DNA from: the human T2T-CHM13v2.0 reference genome, Homo sapiens
NCBI RefSeq assembly: GCF_009914755.1
Contig: NC_060928.1
DNA: 64,000 bases
Reading direction: 5' to 3' (one strand)
Under the pieces are notes generated by a model. The model made no database searches. It was not told the origin of the DNA and worked only from the letters and a program-made list of their open reading frames with translations. How positions within the stretch are numbered: the first letter of the stretch is position 1; each line of letters begins with the position of its first letter. This document shows positions 1-13,296 of this stretch, piece after piece. The translations under genes and the position numbers were made by a program.

Positions 1-532
1 GCTACCACTTTAACAGAGATAACAACAGTACCAACTGCGTAGGGCCATTGTGAGTATTCATGCATTGATATATAAAGCATTTAGAACAGTATCTGGTTTC
101 AAATACATAGCATAGTCAGTTACACAGTCATGTAACCAATAGCTCTTTTGTTATTAACTCTGGTAGAAATGCAGAGAGATACAGAAAGCAAAAGTAGGTA
201 AGAAGAAAGATGAGGACCAGAGTACACTGAATTTGGGAGAGTTTTGGAGTTTGGGAAGAATAAAGTGATTAAGGGTACCACTACAGTAAATGCAAGACAA
301 AGGACCTGAGAGAAAAGGGCAAGAGGATTTTAAGGTCTGTCACTGTTATGAAAGGAATCCTATGATTTGGTGATTCTGAGATTTCAGTAAAAATGTTTTG
401 TATTGATGTTTTGATGGTTATGTTTGGTGTTTCTCAGATTGTGGCCTCGATTAGAGACAGCAATAAAGGTAGAAGCAAGATTGGTTTTTATATGCATTAC
501 ATTTTAATATAATAAATGTGTTCAATGGTTAC

Positions 533-698
533 CTCCACCACAGGGTTTGGAACACTGAGACCAGCTCTTCAAAGCCCACTCAAAAGTATCTAATTCTTCC
601 TGGATGACATTGTTGCTGTTGATTGTAGGTACAGAGTCTTCATGGATGATGTACTTATATGTCAGGCTAGAGCGGGTATCATTTTCTTGAGGTATAAT
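533..698 (-). CDS. ADAMTS3: ADAMTS3 exon 18 (166 nt): end of spacer, start of TSR2
   Basis: [55 protein letters not shown](G); acceptor gttAG at 700-699; donor GTAACC at 532-527; phase 0 in, phase 1 out. Confidence 0.95.
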
Positions 699-1306
699 CT
701 AACATACACATGAAATCAATATGTAAATCACCTGAGGGTTTTAAATTTTGAGTGTAAAATTACAAATATTTCAGAATATTGCTCTTATTAAAACTGAAAA
801 CTTTCAAATAGTTTCAAAAATTATAATGTTTTTATTTCTATAAACCATAGTGCAAATGTGCCCTGTTTAAGAAAAAGATGAAGTATCTATAAAACTTTTA
901 ACATAAAAGTGTTAAAAAATACATACACTGAGGAGTAAGAGTTTGTATTATAAAAATAATAACTTTATAAGGTTCACTGTAGGTTTCCTTAAATTATATC
1001 ATCTCCTTTTTAAAGGATTTTAACTTTTAAGTGTAAAGAATTATAATTAAAATTAAAGGATTAAAATTTTTAAATTAAAATTTTTAAATTTTTAAATTTT
1101 TTGAATTTTTAAATTTAAAAATTTTGGTGCATTTTAAAATTGTCTTCAACGGAAATTGTTGTGTTGTGATGATAAAGATAGTAATGTTCCCTCCAGAAAA
1201 TATATACATTATGGAAAAATAGAAAGAAAACGAAAAATCATAATTCTACCTAACTAGAGAAAACCAGTCACTTTTATTATTGTGATAGTCCCTCAAGATA
1301 TTTGCA

Positions 1307-1310
<4 letters not shown>

Positions 1311-1350
<40 letters not shown>
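1311..1350 (+). repeat. (GT)20 microsatellite
   Basis: Perfect dinucleotide run read directly from the sequence. Confidence 0.97.
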
Positions 1351-1352
<2 letters not shown>

Positions 1353-1431
1353 AGACATATTTACTTTCCTGGCTTTGTTTATTTCATGTAACATGCACAT
1401 TTCTCAAAATATTCTTTGAAAACATGCTTTT

Positions 1432-1624
1432 GGAGTGTGGAATGATGGTCATTGGAGACTCAGAGGGGTCAGAGGGAATGGAAGGAGGGCTGAATGATGG
1501 GAACTTGCTTGGTGGGTACAATGTGCATTGCTCCAGTGATGGATGCACTGAAGGCCCTGACTTTACCACAATGCAAGATATCAATGTAGCTAAATTGCAC
1601 TTGTACAAAAAAAAGTTAAAAAAA
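1432..1624 (+). mobile_element. 5'-truncated L1 3' end (L1PB-like) with A-tail and TSD
   Basis: gggtacaatgtgcattgctccagtgatggatgcactgaaggccctgactttaccac...ttgcacttgtac followed by an A-rich tail; flanked by gaaaacatgctttt (1418-1431) and gaaaatatactttt (1625-1638). Confidence 0.8.
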
Positions 1625-2896
1625 GAAAATATACTTTTAAATGTCAGCATAGTCTGTAATCCTAAAATTGTTATGTATTATTGTTAATAAGTGTGTGGTA
1701 ACTCTTCAATATTTGTTTTCATTAGAAATTTTCCCAACCTTTGTGGGGATTTCTGGCGTTTCTTAGTAGACTGAAGGGAACAAACACTTTTTATAATTCT
1801 AGTTCTTCTGATAGACTGGTGAATGGTCCTCCGGAACAGTTAGAACAATTGTTACTTTAATAATGAGAGTGTATGAAAGTGGCCATTTGACACTACATGT
1901 TACATAATTTTCACCTTTATTAATTGGATGGGAAAAATATCATGATTTTAGTTGTTATTTATTTGATAACTAATAAAGTTTAATTTTCCTAAGTTTATTA
2001 CTCACATATTTTAAACACTGTACATTGCATGACTGTCCTGGTTTTTATTGGAACTGTACACATTTTTTCTCTCCTAATCTGTGCACTAAAGATATGAATT
2101 CCTTTTTGTAATATGAGTTGCAAATATTTTCTCAGTTTGTCTCTTGCCTTTTAATTTTGTTCAGGGCAAAGCTGCCTTTAAAAAAATTGATTTTCATGTA
2201 GCTTTCATAGGATTTTACTGATTATGCAAAGAGAGAAATGTGCAATTCATTGGTATTCCAAACTAAATTTTTAGAACTACCTTTTGTTTGAGAAATGAGG
2301 TGATACTAAAATCAGTGGGGGTAGAGGATCTGGTTATCTGGCTTTTATTCTCTTTTTTCTGTCTTTTTTTTTAAAACAGCATTAAAAATCAAGCACCATT
2401 CGAACAACCCTTACACTCTAGCCAGATATCTAATTCTCTTTGCCCCAGACAGCCTAGCCACCATGTTCCAGGACTCAGAATGGAAAAGCAATGTCATAAT
2501 GATAGAACATTGCTTGTCTACACCCTCATCTCCTAGCTACAAATCTCCCTCTTGTACCTCCAGCCCACACCACTTGCTGTGGTCAGATTATAATCAGTGG
2601 GCAAGTCTTGAAGCATCTATCATGATGGTTAAGCATCAGGTCTCTAAAGCCAGATACTCATGTTGCTAGAAAAGAATACAATGTAATTATATCAGCATGA
2701 AATACAGCTTCTGGCCTCCAATCATTCATATTTAAAATAAGCTAAATAAAACTTTGATTAACATATATTTTATTATGGAACAGGATGAGAGTCTAGAATA
2801 GACCCACATAAATGTGGATAATTAATTTTGACACAATTGAAAGGCATTTTAATAAAGGACAGACTTCTAACAAATAGTGCTAAAACAACTGGACAT

Positions 2897-3336
2897 TGTG
2901 ATGGTTTAAGAAATGTAGATACATTAGGTAAAAAAGGACTGAGAATTCCGTCTCGGTTTCACTGTCCCATGTTCTCGCTCACTTGAGTCACTTGCTGTAG
3001 TGGAAGTCAGTGCCATATTGTGAGGATGTATAAGCATCCTATGGAGAGGCTTAAGTGGTAAAGAATCATGGACTGCTACCCACCACATGGAAAAGCTGGG
3101 GAACAATCATCTGAGGCCTTTCAGCACCATGTGACTAAGCTTGGAAGCAGAGTAACCCCCAGTCAAGCTGAGATGACTCTAGCCACAGTTGACAGCAAAC
3201 TCATCAGATACTCTATGCCAGAACTAGCCAGTTAAGTGGTGTCCAGATACATGTTCCACAGAAACTATAAGTATTGCTTGTGTTCAGCCACTAAGTTTGA
3301 GGGTAATTTGTTTTACAACAATAGATAACTAATATA
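2897..3336 (+). mobile_element. MaLR solo LTR (MLT1F/E-like) inserted into an old L1
   Basis: Starts TG and ends ...caatagataactaatata; 5-bp TSD gacat at 2892-2896 and 3337-3341; L1 ORF2-like sequence resumes on both sides. Confidence 0.8.
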
Positions 3337-5104
3337 GACATCCATATGCAAAAATAAGGACCTAACACTTCATACAAAATTAACCCCAAGTGATACATAT
3401 ACCTAAATGTAAAATGTATAACTCTAAAACAGTTACCAAAAAAAGTAGGAGAAAATGTTTTGATGCTGGATTAGACAAAAAAAAATTTCATAACACCAAA
3501 ATCTTTATCCACAAAAGAAAACATTAAAAAATTGGACTTCGATAAAGCTAAAAGATTTTGCTCTATGAAAGAAACTACTAAAAGAATGAAAAGACAACCT
3601 ATGGACTGGAATAAAACATTTGCAAATCATGTATTTCACAGAGGACTTGAATATACAAAGAGCTCTCGAAACTCAACAAAAAGAAAATATAACAACTTTA
3701 ACAATGGGCAAAAGATTTGAACAGATATTTCAAAATGGAACTAATTTTCAGAGAAGAAAAACCCTAAAAATTGAGTGGAGCAATTTGACTTAAGTATAAT
3801 ATTTTATAGGAAATCCAATAAATAAAAATTCTGTATAAAACAGAAACTAACAATAAATTTCAAATCAAGTAGCTGTCTTCTGCTTTCATCCATGAGGGAG
3901 TAATGGAGTTGCCGTCTTGATATTAAAAGCTATAAAACTGGGCAAAATATTTGCAGAAACTTTTTTTTTTTGTTTGGCAATGTATGTCATGACAAAGGAC
4001 ACCAATCCTTGTAAGAAGAGAAACAAGCCAGATCTTATTCCTGACAAGGGCCAGGTTCTGGACCTGGAGCTAGATTAGAGTTTGGAACTTTCAGAGCCGG
4101 CCACTAAAGAGGGGCCTGCTTAGAGAGATCACCTAGAAATCTACATGGGTCCATGACTGAGGGTTGGTCTGTGTATGCTCAAGCCAAGACACCAGGCAGT
4201 CCACAGTGGGAGTGCTGGGGGTGGGACAGTGATACCAGAAACCAGGCAGGGCTGAGCCTGGCACCATGAAAGGCCACACCATGGGAAGAAGGACAACACT
4301 GAAATAGACTAGCTGTAAGGAAGAATAAAACTAGGCCTTAAAGGATCAGAATGATCTGACAATAACTTAACCGCCTGCCAGAACAAAACCAGACACCTTA
4401 CAATTTATCTTCCAAAATGTCGAGTGTACAAGAAAAAAAGAAGCAGGAAATGTGATCCATAAAAAAAATTGACAATGTGAAGACCCAGAACTTAAAGGGT
4501 AACTTAGATGTAATGAGTGAACATTATGAAAAATTCAGCCGAAAAATGGAAATAAAAAAAAAAAAGAACCAAATGGAAATTCTATAAAAGAAAAGTGCAC
4601 CATCGGATACGAAAAATTTACTGGATAGGCTCAAGGACAGATTGGAGATCACCTAAGAGAAATAGTGACTTAGAGCTCAAAAGGAATAATCCGATCTGAA
4701 AAATGTATTTTAAAAAAGATTATAAAGGATGAACAGAGCCTGAGACTTGTAGAACAATTTCAACTGATTTAAGTGAGTCCTAGGAGTGAAGAAGAGAAAG
4801 ATGGGGTGGGGGTGAGGGTTTGGGAAAAACAACTAACTAGAACACATCATGGGAAATTTACCCAAATTTGGTCAAAAACATCAACCTACAAAGCCAAGAT
4901 TCTCAGTGAACCCCAAGCATAAGACATACAAAGAACACGGTAAACTGAGTATATCACAGTCAAACTGCTAAACCAACAAGACAAAACAAAAAGATGAAGA
5001 GAAAAATCTTAAAAAGCAGCCAGAGAAAACTGACACATTACATGCAGTGCAGCAATATAAATGAGGCTTCTCTTCATAAATGATGGATTCTGGAAGGCAA
5101 GTGC

Positions 5105-5609
5105 TGTATAAATGAGTAAAAGAGGGCTCCTGTATATTGGCCCCTAGGTTCTTTCTTCACAGCAGGCTGAGGCTGAGATCTGTTAGCTCAAAAGCCCTCT
5201 GATGCCAAACACAAACTTTTATACATCCAGTTGTTTTTAACGCTGCCCAAATGAGGGAGTTTTAGCCATTCAGGGACTGCTTGCTTTGCACAGCTCTAGG
5301 AAACTACATCCAACATCTGCTAGATATGAATAAGACCTTCTGGCTATAAGGACCTCACGCAGCTGCCTCCCTTGGAGCCCTCTGACCCACAGACTCTCTT
5401 CTGTGCTGCTGAATGACACCACCTAGGCACATAAACCACCTCAGATTCCCCTCTTTCTCAGAAGTTCCCTTGCCCTTCTCTCCTCTAGGTAGTGGCCCCA
5501 CTTGCAAACCAGCTGAGGCCTAGCCCAAATAAAGTGTGTGTGTGCTACTGCCACCTTGTGGCCATATATTTTTCTTTGATCAGCCCCCAAACCCTTGGAA
5601 CTCGCTGCA
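5105..5609 (+). mobile_element. ERV-type solo LTR (MER73/MER74-like; family uncertain)
   Basis: GC-richer 505-bp block with TG...CA ends, TATA-like ctataag near 5344 and AATAAA at 5528-5533; interrupts L1 sequence. Confidence 0.55.
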
Positions 5610-6165
5610 AGATCATAAAAACACAGTGCTGAAAGAAGGGAAAACAGGGAATAAAAAACCAAAAAACTAGCAACTCAAATTCTATATCTAGTAAAGATAT
5701 CCTTCAAAAATGAGGGTGAAATAAAGATATTTTCAGATCATTGACAGATGAGAGAATTACTTGCCAATACACCCACACCACAAGAAATGCTGAAGATCTT
5801 TATATTGAAGGTAAATGATACTAGATGGAACGTCAGATGTACAAAGTAGAATGAAAAGCATACAAAATGGTAAATATGTGGGTAAATACAAAAATCTACT
5901 TTTAGTGTTGTCTTTAAAAGATGATAACTGATTATTTAAGTCAAAAATCAGAATGCTGCATTATTCAGTTTATAATGTCTATATAATAAATTACATGAAA
6001 ATATTGCACAAAGAGTGGGGGGAAAGATAAATGGAATTATTTTAAAAAGCAACTCATGTTTCAAAGTTCAAAGTACACTTAATGTTCAAGGTAAAAGTGT
6101 TTTCAGATAAATTAATTATAAAGTAAGCTGAGCTAACTATACCATGAGCCCATAATGCCACATAC

Positions 6166-6329
6166 CAAAACAATAACAGGATCATGTAAAGGTCCATCGG
6201 TGTGAAGACTTTCAATGTCATCTTCAATGTTATAATCCCACTCCACACCAAGATCTATGAAGGTCCGCGACTTGGCTTCCTCCCCTTTGCCATTTAAAAT
6301 ATAATGGCCTGTAGCCTGGTTCTTAATAG
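6166..6329 (-). CDS. ADAMTS3: ADAMTS3 exon 17 (164 nt): spacer domain
   Basis: (A)IKNQATGHYILNGKGEEAKSRTFIDLGVEWDYNIEDDIESLHTDGPLHDPVIVL; acceptor ctccctttAG; donor GTATGT; phase 1 in, 0 out. Confidence 0.95.
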
Positions 6330-7968
6330 CTAAAGGGAGAAAAATGAGTAACCAGCATACATTTTATTTTATCATATTAAGTGCTGAAGATTCACAGCAA
6401 GTATATCCTTTCTACAAATCAATGACCATGTTTCTTTATTAGTAGCAAGGAATCAAAATGGGTGTTAGTTCTGATATTATTTCCATTGTCTTGATTAGGC
6501 ATTCAAAACTCTCAAGAAGCATTCCTAACTAGTCAAAAATACAGCAAGATGGTTAAATAGGCAAAAATAATGTTTGCAAATATTCCCATTTGAAAACATC
6601 GTCAAAGAGGTTAATAGTTTCTAAATCATTTATCCTATATATTTCCTTAGAAAACTGGGAATATCTTGAAAATGATAGCTACCTTTTCAATAATTAATAG
6701 AAACAATTTATGCTAGGATAGCATATAATGTAACGGTTAATTATTGCATATATTTTTTAAAGTTGGTCAAAATATTTATAGTCATCCAACATAGTTGAAG
6801 TAATTTTTCAGGCAACAATTTAGTTCTCATGATTGTAAAATTCCAGAGCCATATCACCTACTCATATAGTTAGAAAAAGCTGCTTACTGCTAATGGAATT
6901 CTTAATGTAGTATATATTTATTACATATTATACAATGAAATAAAATGCTGGCTTAATGAGTAAAAAATAATGAATGGGATTTTAAATTTTAGATTTGTTT
7001 ATCAGCATATAATGTTACATTAGAAAGCAAAATTTCATGTTACTACAATTATTGAAAATGTGTGAAAAACATGAGTAATTTTAATTAAATGTATTTATTC
7101 CTCTTGGGCTTTAAACTGGTCTATTTTTTCCAAGGACATTAATATGAATTCTAGGATGAAAAATAAGGGATTTTAAATGCTTGAGAGAGAACTATAGCTG
7201 ACTGCTAGACTATTACGACATTTAGTAGTGAATATAAATTAAATGTGTTTAAAAATTCTATGAAACACCATAAAACAATGCACTTTTTAAAGTCACAACT
7301 GAAATAAAACAATTTGCTACAAATTTTCATGGAGTTGATACGTGATGTCTTAGCTTCAGAAATTATCTTAGTGTTCTTATAGGCCAAGGAATAAGTAAGT
7401 TATGTTTACACTTGTCTATACAATTTAAATGTAAACCTCTTTAAAGTGACATTTCCATGTAATCGTCTCATAAAAGAAAAAAAAATCTTCTTGTGGAAAT
7501 TATAATCAGCTCTCCGTGGCAAATGGATCTGCATGTGCCAGTCAAAAACCTGACACATGTCAGATATTAGAATAATTTAAGATTAGATTAGTAAAATTCA
7601 CCTGTGGTTGCTTTTCAAAGAATGTGAAATACAATAAAAATAAGGATACGTACAGTATTGGATCAATCAAAATATCAGAACTTATTTGTAAACATAAGTA
7701 TGATGAATTTTTCTGATATTCCTTGATTTAGTGGATTTTATTAACATATTTATTTTCTTATTCCTTAGAGCAAAAAGTGTATAAGAAATATAAGCTTGTC
7801 AAATGATTTTTCCCTCATATAGTTAGGAACCAACCCCAGTTTCTATACAAAATTAAAGCTCTACTTTTTTTATGTTTCTTGTTTTAAAGTAAGCATAGTT
7901 GGGAGAAATGACCAAAAAAAACCTACATAACATTCAATTAATGCATTTATATATTATTTTGATTCTTA

Positions 7969-8160
7969 CATATACGTATGCACATGTATGTACACATACA
8001 TATGCACATGTACACACATATACACATGCACATGTACGCACATATACGCATGCACATCATGCACATGTACGCACATATACGTATGCACATGTACGTACAT
8101 ATACGTATGCACATGTATGTACATATACGTATGCACATATATGTGTACATATATACATAT
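7969..8160. repeat. 24-bp-unit minisatellite (consensus catatacgtatgcacatgtacgta), about 7 copies
   Basis: Units start at 7969, 7993, 8017, 8041 (this one carries a 9-bp internal duplication), 8074, 8098 and 8122. Confidence 0.92.
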
Positions 8161-8235
8161 CTATATTTAGGATTTCTTTGACATTTCAATGTTTCAGTGC
8201 ATGTTAAAGCAGAGACAGCAGACAGAAACACTTAC

Positions 8236-8316
8236 CAAGAATATGAGGAGAAGCCTCGTCTTCTTGGATTAACACATGTCTAGCCCCAGGGGGTATATCA
8301 AACATCTTAAGGTACC
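8236..8316 (-). CDS. ADAMTS3: ADAMTS3 exon 16 (81 nt): spacer domain
   Basis: (G)YLKMFDIPPGARHVLIQEDEASPHIL(A); acceptor tgcaaAG; donor GTAAGT; symmetric phase 1-1. Confidence 0.94.
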
Positions 8317-9925
8317 CTTTGCATGTGTAGTAAATATTGTAGGAAGCAAAGAAGAAAACAAAAGCAACAACCATGGTTAGTTGAGCACTACATTCTTACT
8401 GCTTCTGCGTGCAGAAGAGGGCATCCATAAATTTAAAGAAGCAGTTTCGGAAATTAACTTCAAAGCATTGGTAGCTTTTGTGACATCCAACATGAAATTA
8501 GAGGCAACTTTTTTTTTTATTAAAGAGGGAAAAAAGTTAATCTTGTTACCAACGTATTAGTCACTTATCTTGCGTTGACCTTCAAATGATGTGAACAACA
8601 ATTCAGGCAAATACTATACTTTCCTGTGTCCCTCTGTGTGATTCTAGTTTTCTAAACCATCCTTTTGAAGTGGAGTCAATTTTTAGTGAAAGTTCACTTA
8701 AGTTGTAAACTTTTTGGGATATGTTATCTGCTTACATGTTATTTTAAAAGTCTAAGAGGGAAGTATAGACAGCTAAACTTCTAATTATTAAAATATTTTC
8801 ATATTTAAAGCCTTCTTTATTCTAAAGGAGTTACAACAGAAAAATCAGTGCTTTCATTTTTCTTGTGATCAGTATTAATTTTAAAGCTTTAGGCAAGTTT
8901 TATGATGGGACTATTTTAACCAAATCGACAACATGGATTTTAAACCACTTAGTTGGAAAATGTGTGCAAGATGTGTTATGCATTGCCTTTATATGCACCC
9001 TAACCTCAAAACCTCCTAAGCCAGAAATAAGAAAATCAATATGCTTAATAGGTTGCTTTGTGTTTTAAAATCATATATCATTCCTATTACTGTAAATGTC
9101 ATATATCACATACTATGTTGATACTATCACATGTCCTAAAAATTATCTTACAATCATTTAGAATTAAGATTATGACCATAAATCATAAATATTATGACCT
9201 GACAATAGTCAGGTCAATTAGAACAGATGTTATACATCTCATTATCATACAAATAAATGAATATAAAATGATTATGTAACCTACACCTTCAATACATTAT
9301 GAAACATCCAATACATATTCTATGGAGAATATTAACAGAAATCCAGTTATCAATCCACAATTATTGATGAAATAAGAAAAAACAAGTGTTTTTGTCATTT
9401 GTATATGTATAATAATATACACCTATGAATAGATTTACCTAAGTTTTTCACAATATTTATTAGTGTCCTAACTAAATAAAGTGGTCCTTTTGGGATCAGG
9501 GTGTTCAGCACTTTAGCCTGGGGTAAAGTCTAACACATGAAATGTACCATGTTTGCCTGAGTACACAGTGGCTAAAAGGAACATGCTTAAGATGCCAAGT
9601 ACAGCAAAACAGCTTGATGCCATTTATGGATGCCCATCTTTCTGCAGTTTGCTACAACTTACCCAGTACGTTTTTAGCTTCTCTTGTTTCAGCAAGAGAA
9701 ATATTACGAGCTCCTTTGGGTAAAGTGAAAGCGCCTCTTGTCTTCCCTTAAATAGAATGTCTTTAATTAGTGGAGGGTTCATGTTTATCAAAGTCTTGTT
9801 GTTTCATTGACTATCCCATAAGTCACATATTTTATTAGGCAAGTTATAAAATATGTTCTGTAAGTTTATGTGTTGAAGTCACAATGCATTTGTAATAGAT
9901 AATGCCAATAAACTGTTAATAGTCA

Positions 9926-9960
9926 ATGAAAGTAAGACTAAGCATGAAAGTAAGACTAAG
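9926..9960 (+). repeat. Short tandem duplication, 18-bp period
   Basis: atgaaagtaagactaag-c-atgaaagtaagactaag. Confidence 0.9.
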
Positions 9961-11645
9961 TAGATGATTTGAAGTTGAATACTTGCAGATTTCATTTTCC
10001 AGCAACTTCAATTCTTTATGGCACCTCTTGCTTAAATGTTTTCCTGTTGGAAAAGGTTAATTAGTCTATTAAATCACTATGATGACAATATTAGTGCAAA
10101 GATATGGAAGTTAGATTATCTTTGAACAGTTTGAATTGGTATGACAGATGAAAATTTTCTAATGTTCTTTTGGCCTTGATTTGCAAGTTTAGCATGATGT
10201 TTGAACTCTCTGAAAAACAGTACCAATACCTTATATTATACATAATATACAATGAATGAACATGGCAAAACCTTTTCTTTACATTATTCACTGTGGAAAT
10301 AAAACAAAATGAATTATTTTACATCCAAAAGAAAAGAATAAAATGTAACTCCAAGAAAGCACAGTATATTATTTCACAGCAAGATGAAGAAAATTACATT
10401 TGACTCCACTGAAATATAATACACGTATATAATTATATTTCTCTTTGCTTTAATAATGCAATCAGTCAGAAATAGCAATATTTGCTTTTTAACAATTTTC
10501 AAAGTACAAAACATGGTAATTTATAACACAGGAATAGCAAAGACATCAGTAACAAGAAAAACATTAGAATATAGTCTCCTAGTAATTGAGTTAGGTATCA
10601 GGGGTATAATGGGAATAAAAAATACAAAAACTAAGAGAATTATTTCATTTGGATGAAGACTAACTTTTTTATAAAAGGAAAAGTTACCCCAATGACAATT
10701 TACTTAACGTAAACCATATTTCTTTGTTTTTGTTTTACTTTCATGATTTTATAAGATACCAACGGCTCTTTGGAAGACATCAAAATCTTCTTGAGCAAAC
10801 ACCACATCAAATTTATCTTTAAGTGCTGAATTCCCAGAAACATTTGCCAAATAAATCCTTATTGAATAACTGAATAGTATCTGATACAAACTCAAGAAAT
10901 TATTCAGTAATAAATGTCTGTATACAAATCTTTTATGAAAATTCCAATGAATATTATTAAACTATGGATAATTTTGCCTATTATTTGATGCATGAAGACA
11001 GCTTTTTGTTCCACCTTTGAACCTTCAGTGTATGTCTAAGTTCAAGTTATTGACTATGTAACAAGCATAAACATTTATAGAGATGAGCAATTACATCTCA
11101 GGTTAGTTTTTGGTTGTACCTCAATTTTGTTTAAAGTAAATTTTTAAAAATTATGTGAAATACAGATCCAAGATTCCTAGATTTATAAACAGGATAAAAT
11201 TGTTCACTTTTAAAATAAGTAAAACTAATGTGATATTTTAAAAGTTGTATCTAAAATTTTGTAATTTTTAAACTCCTGATCAATAATTTATATGCAACAA
11301 GAATTCAAAATAAACACCAATTCTAATAATTCAATCTGCATTTTATTAAAAATGCAAAATAAAACACAGATTTTAGCTAGCTAGTATAACTGATACTGAT
11401 TTTACTTGTTTCTTTTCTAAATTTAGTATGTATTTTTTTCATCATTGACGCTAGGGAGTATGAATTCATTCAAAGTGATTTCTTTTTTTTTTTTAAGTTC
11501 CTTAAAAGGTAATCTGAATAACAATAAATCAGCAGCTAAATTTTGATTATGTTTATAGAGAAAATGCTGCATTTCTAAAGGAAGAAGCCTCAAAAAGTAC
11601 AAATCACAGAGAAGAATACTAAATTCATGAGAGACCTCATCTTAC

Positions 11646-11769
11646 CAAGCTTCCTGGGAGTTCTGGTAAATGTCCCCTTCACGGTTCGGCAGTGGGAATT
11701 ATCTCCTCCACAGACACCACACTTATCCTCAACCTTATTAGAACCAATTTCTTTATCACAGCCCACTTT
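11646..11769 (-). CDS. ADAMTS3: ADAMTS3 exon 15 (124 nt): end of Cys-rich domain
   Basis: [41 protein letters not shown](G), with the ADAMTS hallmark DKCGVCGGD; acceptor tctctccAG; donor GTAAGA. Confidence 0.96.
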
Positions 11770-13296
11770 CTGGAGAGAGAAGATGTCAAATGTGGCTAAT
11801 TTTAGTGTGCCCAGTAGTGGTCAACATCCCAGAGAATGATGAACCCTTTGTTCAGTCATGGCCCACAGTCAGCCAATTTATAGCAAACTGCCACTGTAGT
11901 CATAATTTTTAATACCTCAGTTTTTTAAAAAAAATAATGGGAAACCAAATGACTTGTACCCTAAGTAATAAAGAATATATTTCCTCCAGTCCAATGAAAT
12001 ATTTACACCATTTTAAATTGTCATAGTCATCAAACACACATGTAATGAAAACAGATGTAGCTGATGCTGAGGAGACAAGAAAACAACAAGACAGTGCTTT
12101 TCCCTTGCTGCTCTCACATTTATGATGATGGATAATATAGTGAGTTGTATATTAGTGCAATCTTTAAAAGATGGTTATGATGTGAGACAAAACTTCACCA
12201 GGGTGGTGAAGATTTTCACAGGGGCCAAAGAAACACAGAATAGAAAAGCATTTCAGGAAAGCAGATGAGTTACAACAAAGCCAGAGAAGTATGTTCATGG
12301 AAAGTGGGTGCAGAGGTCAATATCTAAACCCATATTTAAACCAATGGAAGGTTAGTGTTTCATGATAAGGAAAGAACAGTGAAAAATCTGCATTGAATAG
12401 ACTGCAGAAGACTTGAATACCAGGAAGAATTTACATTTTCCCTTGAAACAGGAAAATATTGAAGGTTTTCTGAACCAAGGCATGTTCTTAATGTAAATCA
12501 CTGTAGAATAATGATACACAATACACTACTGCACTCAAAAGTATGGGATGAAAGGTGGCAGGGAAAATAAAGACAACACATACGTTTAATGTACTAGGTA
12601 CTGCGGCAGGTAAAAGCTGAACAACACATACTATGCTTTCAGGAAAATGTAAGCTCAATTACTTTAGACTCATTAATACAGCACTTCAGTTTTGATGAAG
12701 TATAAAGGAAATATATGTTAGGAGCAGTGTTTCAGTTAATAAGATAATTTCATATCGATTTAACTATGAACACAAGAAATAAAATGCATTTTTAACCTGA
12801 GATTAAATGGAGCAAAAAAACATGTTTGCTTCTCTACTACTTTTGTTCTAATGTGAAATTTAGCCTTTAAACTTAGAATTGATTGGAAGGTGAGAAAGAA
12901 ATGTCTTATTATCTTTACAACAAAAGATTAAATATACTTAGCACTGATTATTTTTAAAAAGACCTTGTATTTTAATAGCAGATGGCTACTAAAATACCCG
13001 AAGCAAATGCATTATTACCAATTTGTATTCCCAACCTAGAGGCCTCAGAGTTACTCAGAAAAGGCATTTGGCTGGAAATTAGGAAAATTATTTAAACCTT
13101 GATTCTGCCAGTGACCAAAGTTTGATTTGAGAAAGTACAATGTCTCTCAAATTTATTTTAGCTATTGAACTATTCATAGACACTTACTATAATGTGATTT
13201 CAAAGATAAAATAGTTTAAAAAATTAAAAATGTGCAGATGAATGACAGTAAACGTAGATAACGTAGAAAGCCTTTGGGGAAGCAATTTGAACTTAC

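Larger units (their letters stand above)
2780..6050 (+). mobile_element. Cluster of decayed L1M fragments (ORF2 and 5'/ORF1-like pieces) interrupted by LTRs
   Basis: L1-like motifs such as aagagaatgaaaagacaacc-like (ORF 3532..3720, KRMKRQPMDWNKTFANH), aaaagcagccagagaaaa and atatccttcaaaaatgagggtgaaataaagatattttcagat. Confidence 0.7.

Noticed and set aside
1040-1140. AT-only quasi-palindromic stretch (tttaaattttt repeats)
   Set aside because: Low-complexity sequence; the self-complementarity follows from A/T composition and no defined unit or function is visible.
1313-1687. 124-aa + strand ORF
   Set aside because: Starts in a (GT)n repeat and runs through an L1 3'-UTR fragment; not a gene.
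7899-8231. Four overlapping ORFs with HVRTYTYA or MCIRICTY repeats, superficially like metal-binding peptides or a CRISPR-like array
   Set aside because: Strict RY alternation cannot contain TAA, TAG or TGA, so open frames are automatic; the units are head-to-tail with no unique spacers.
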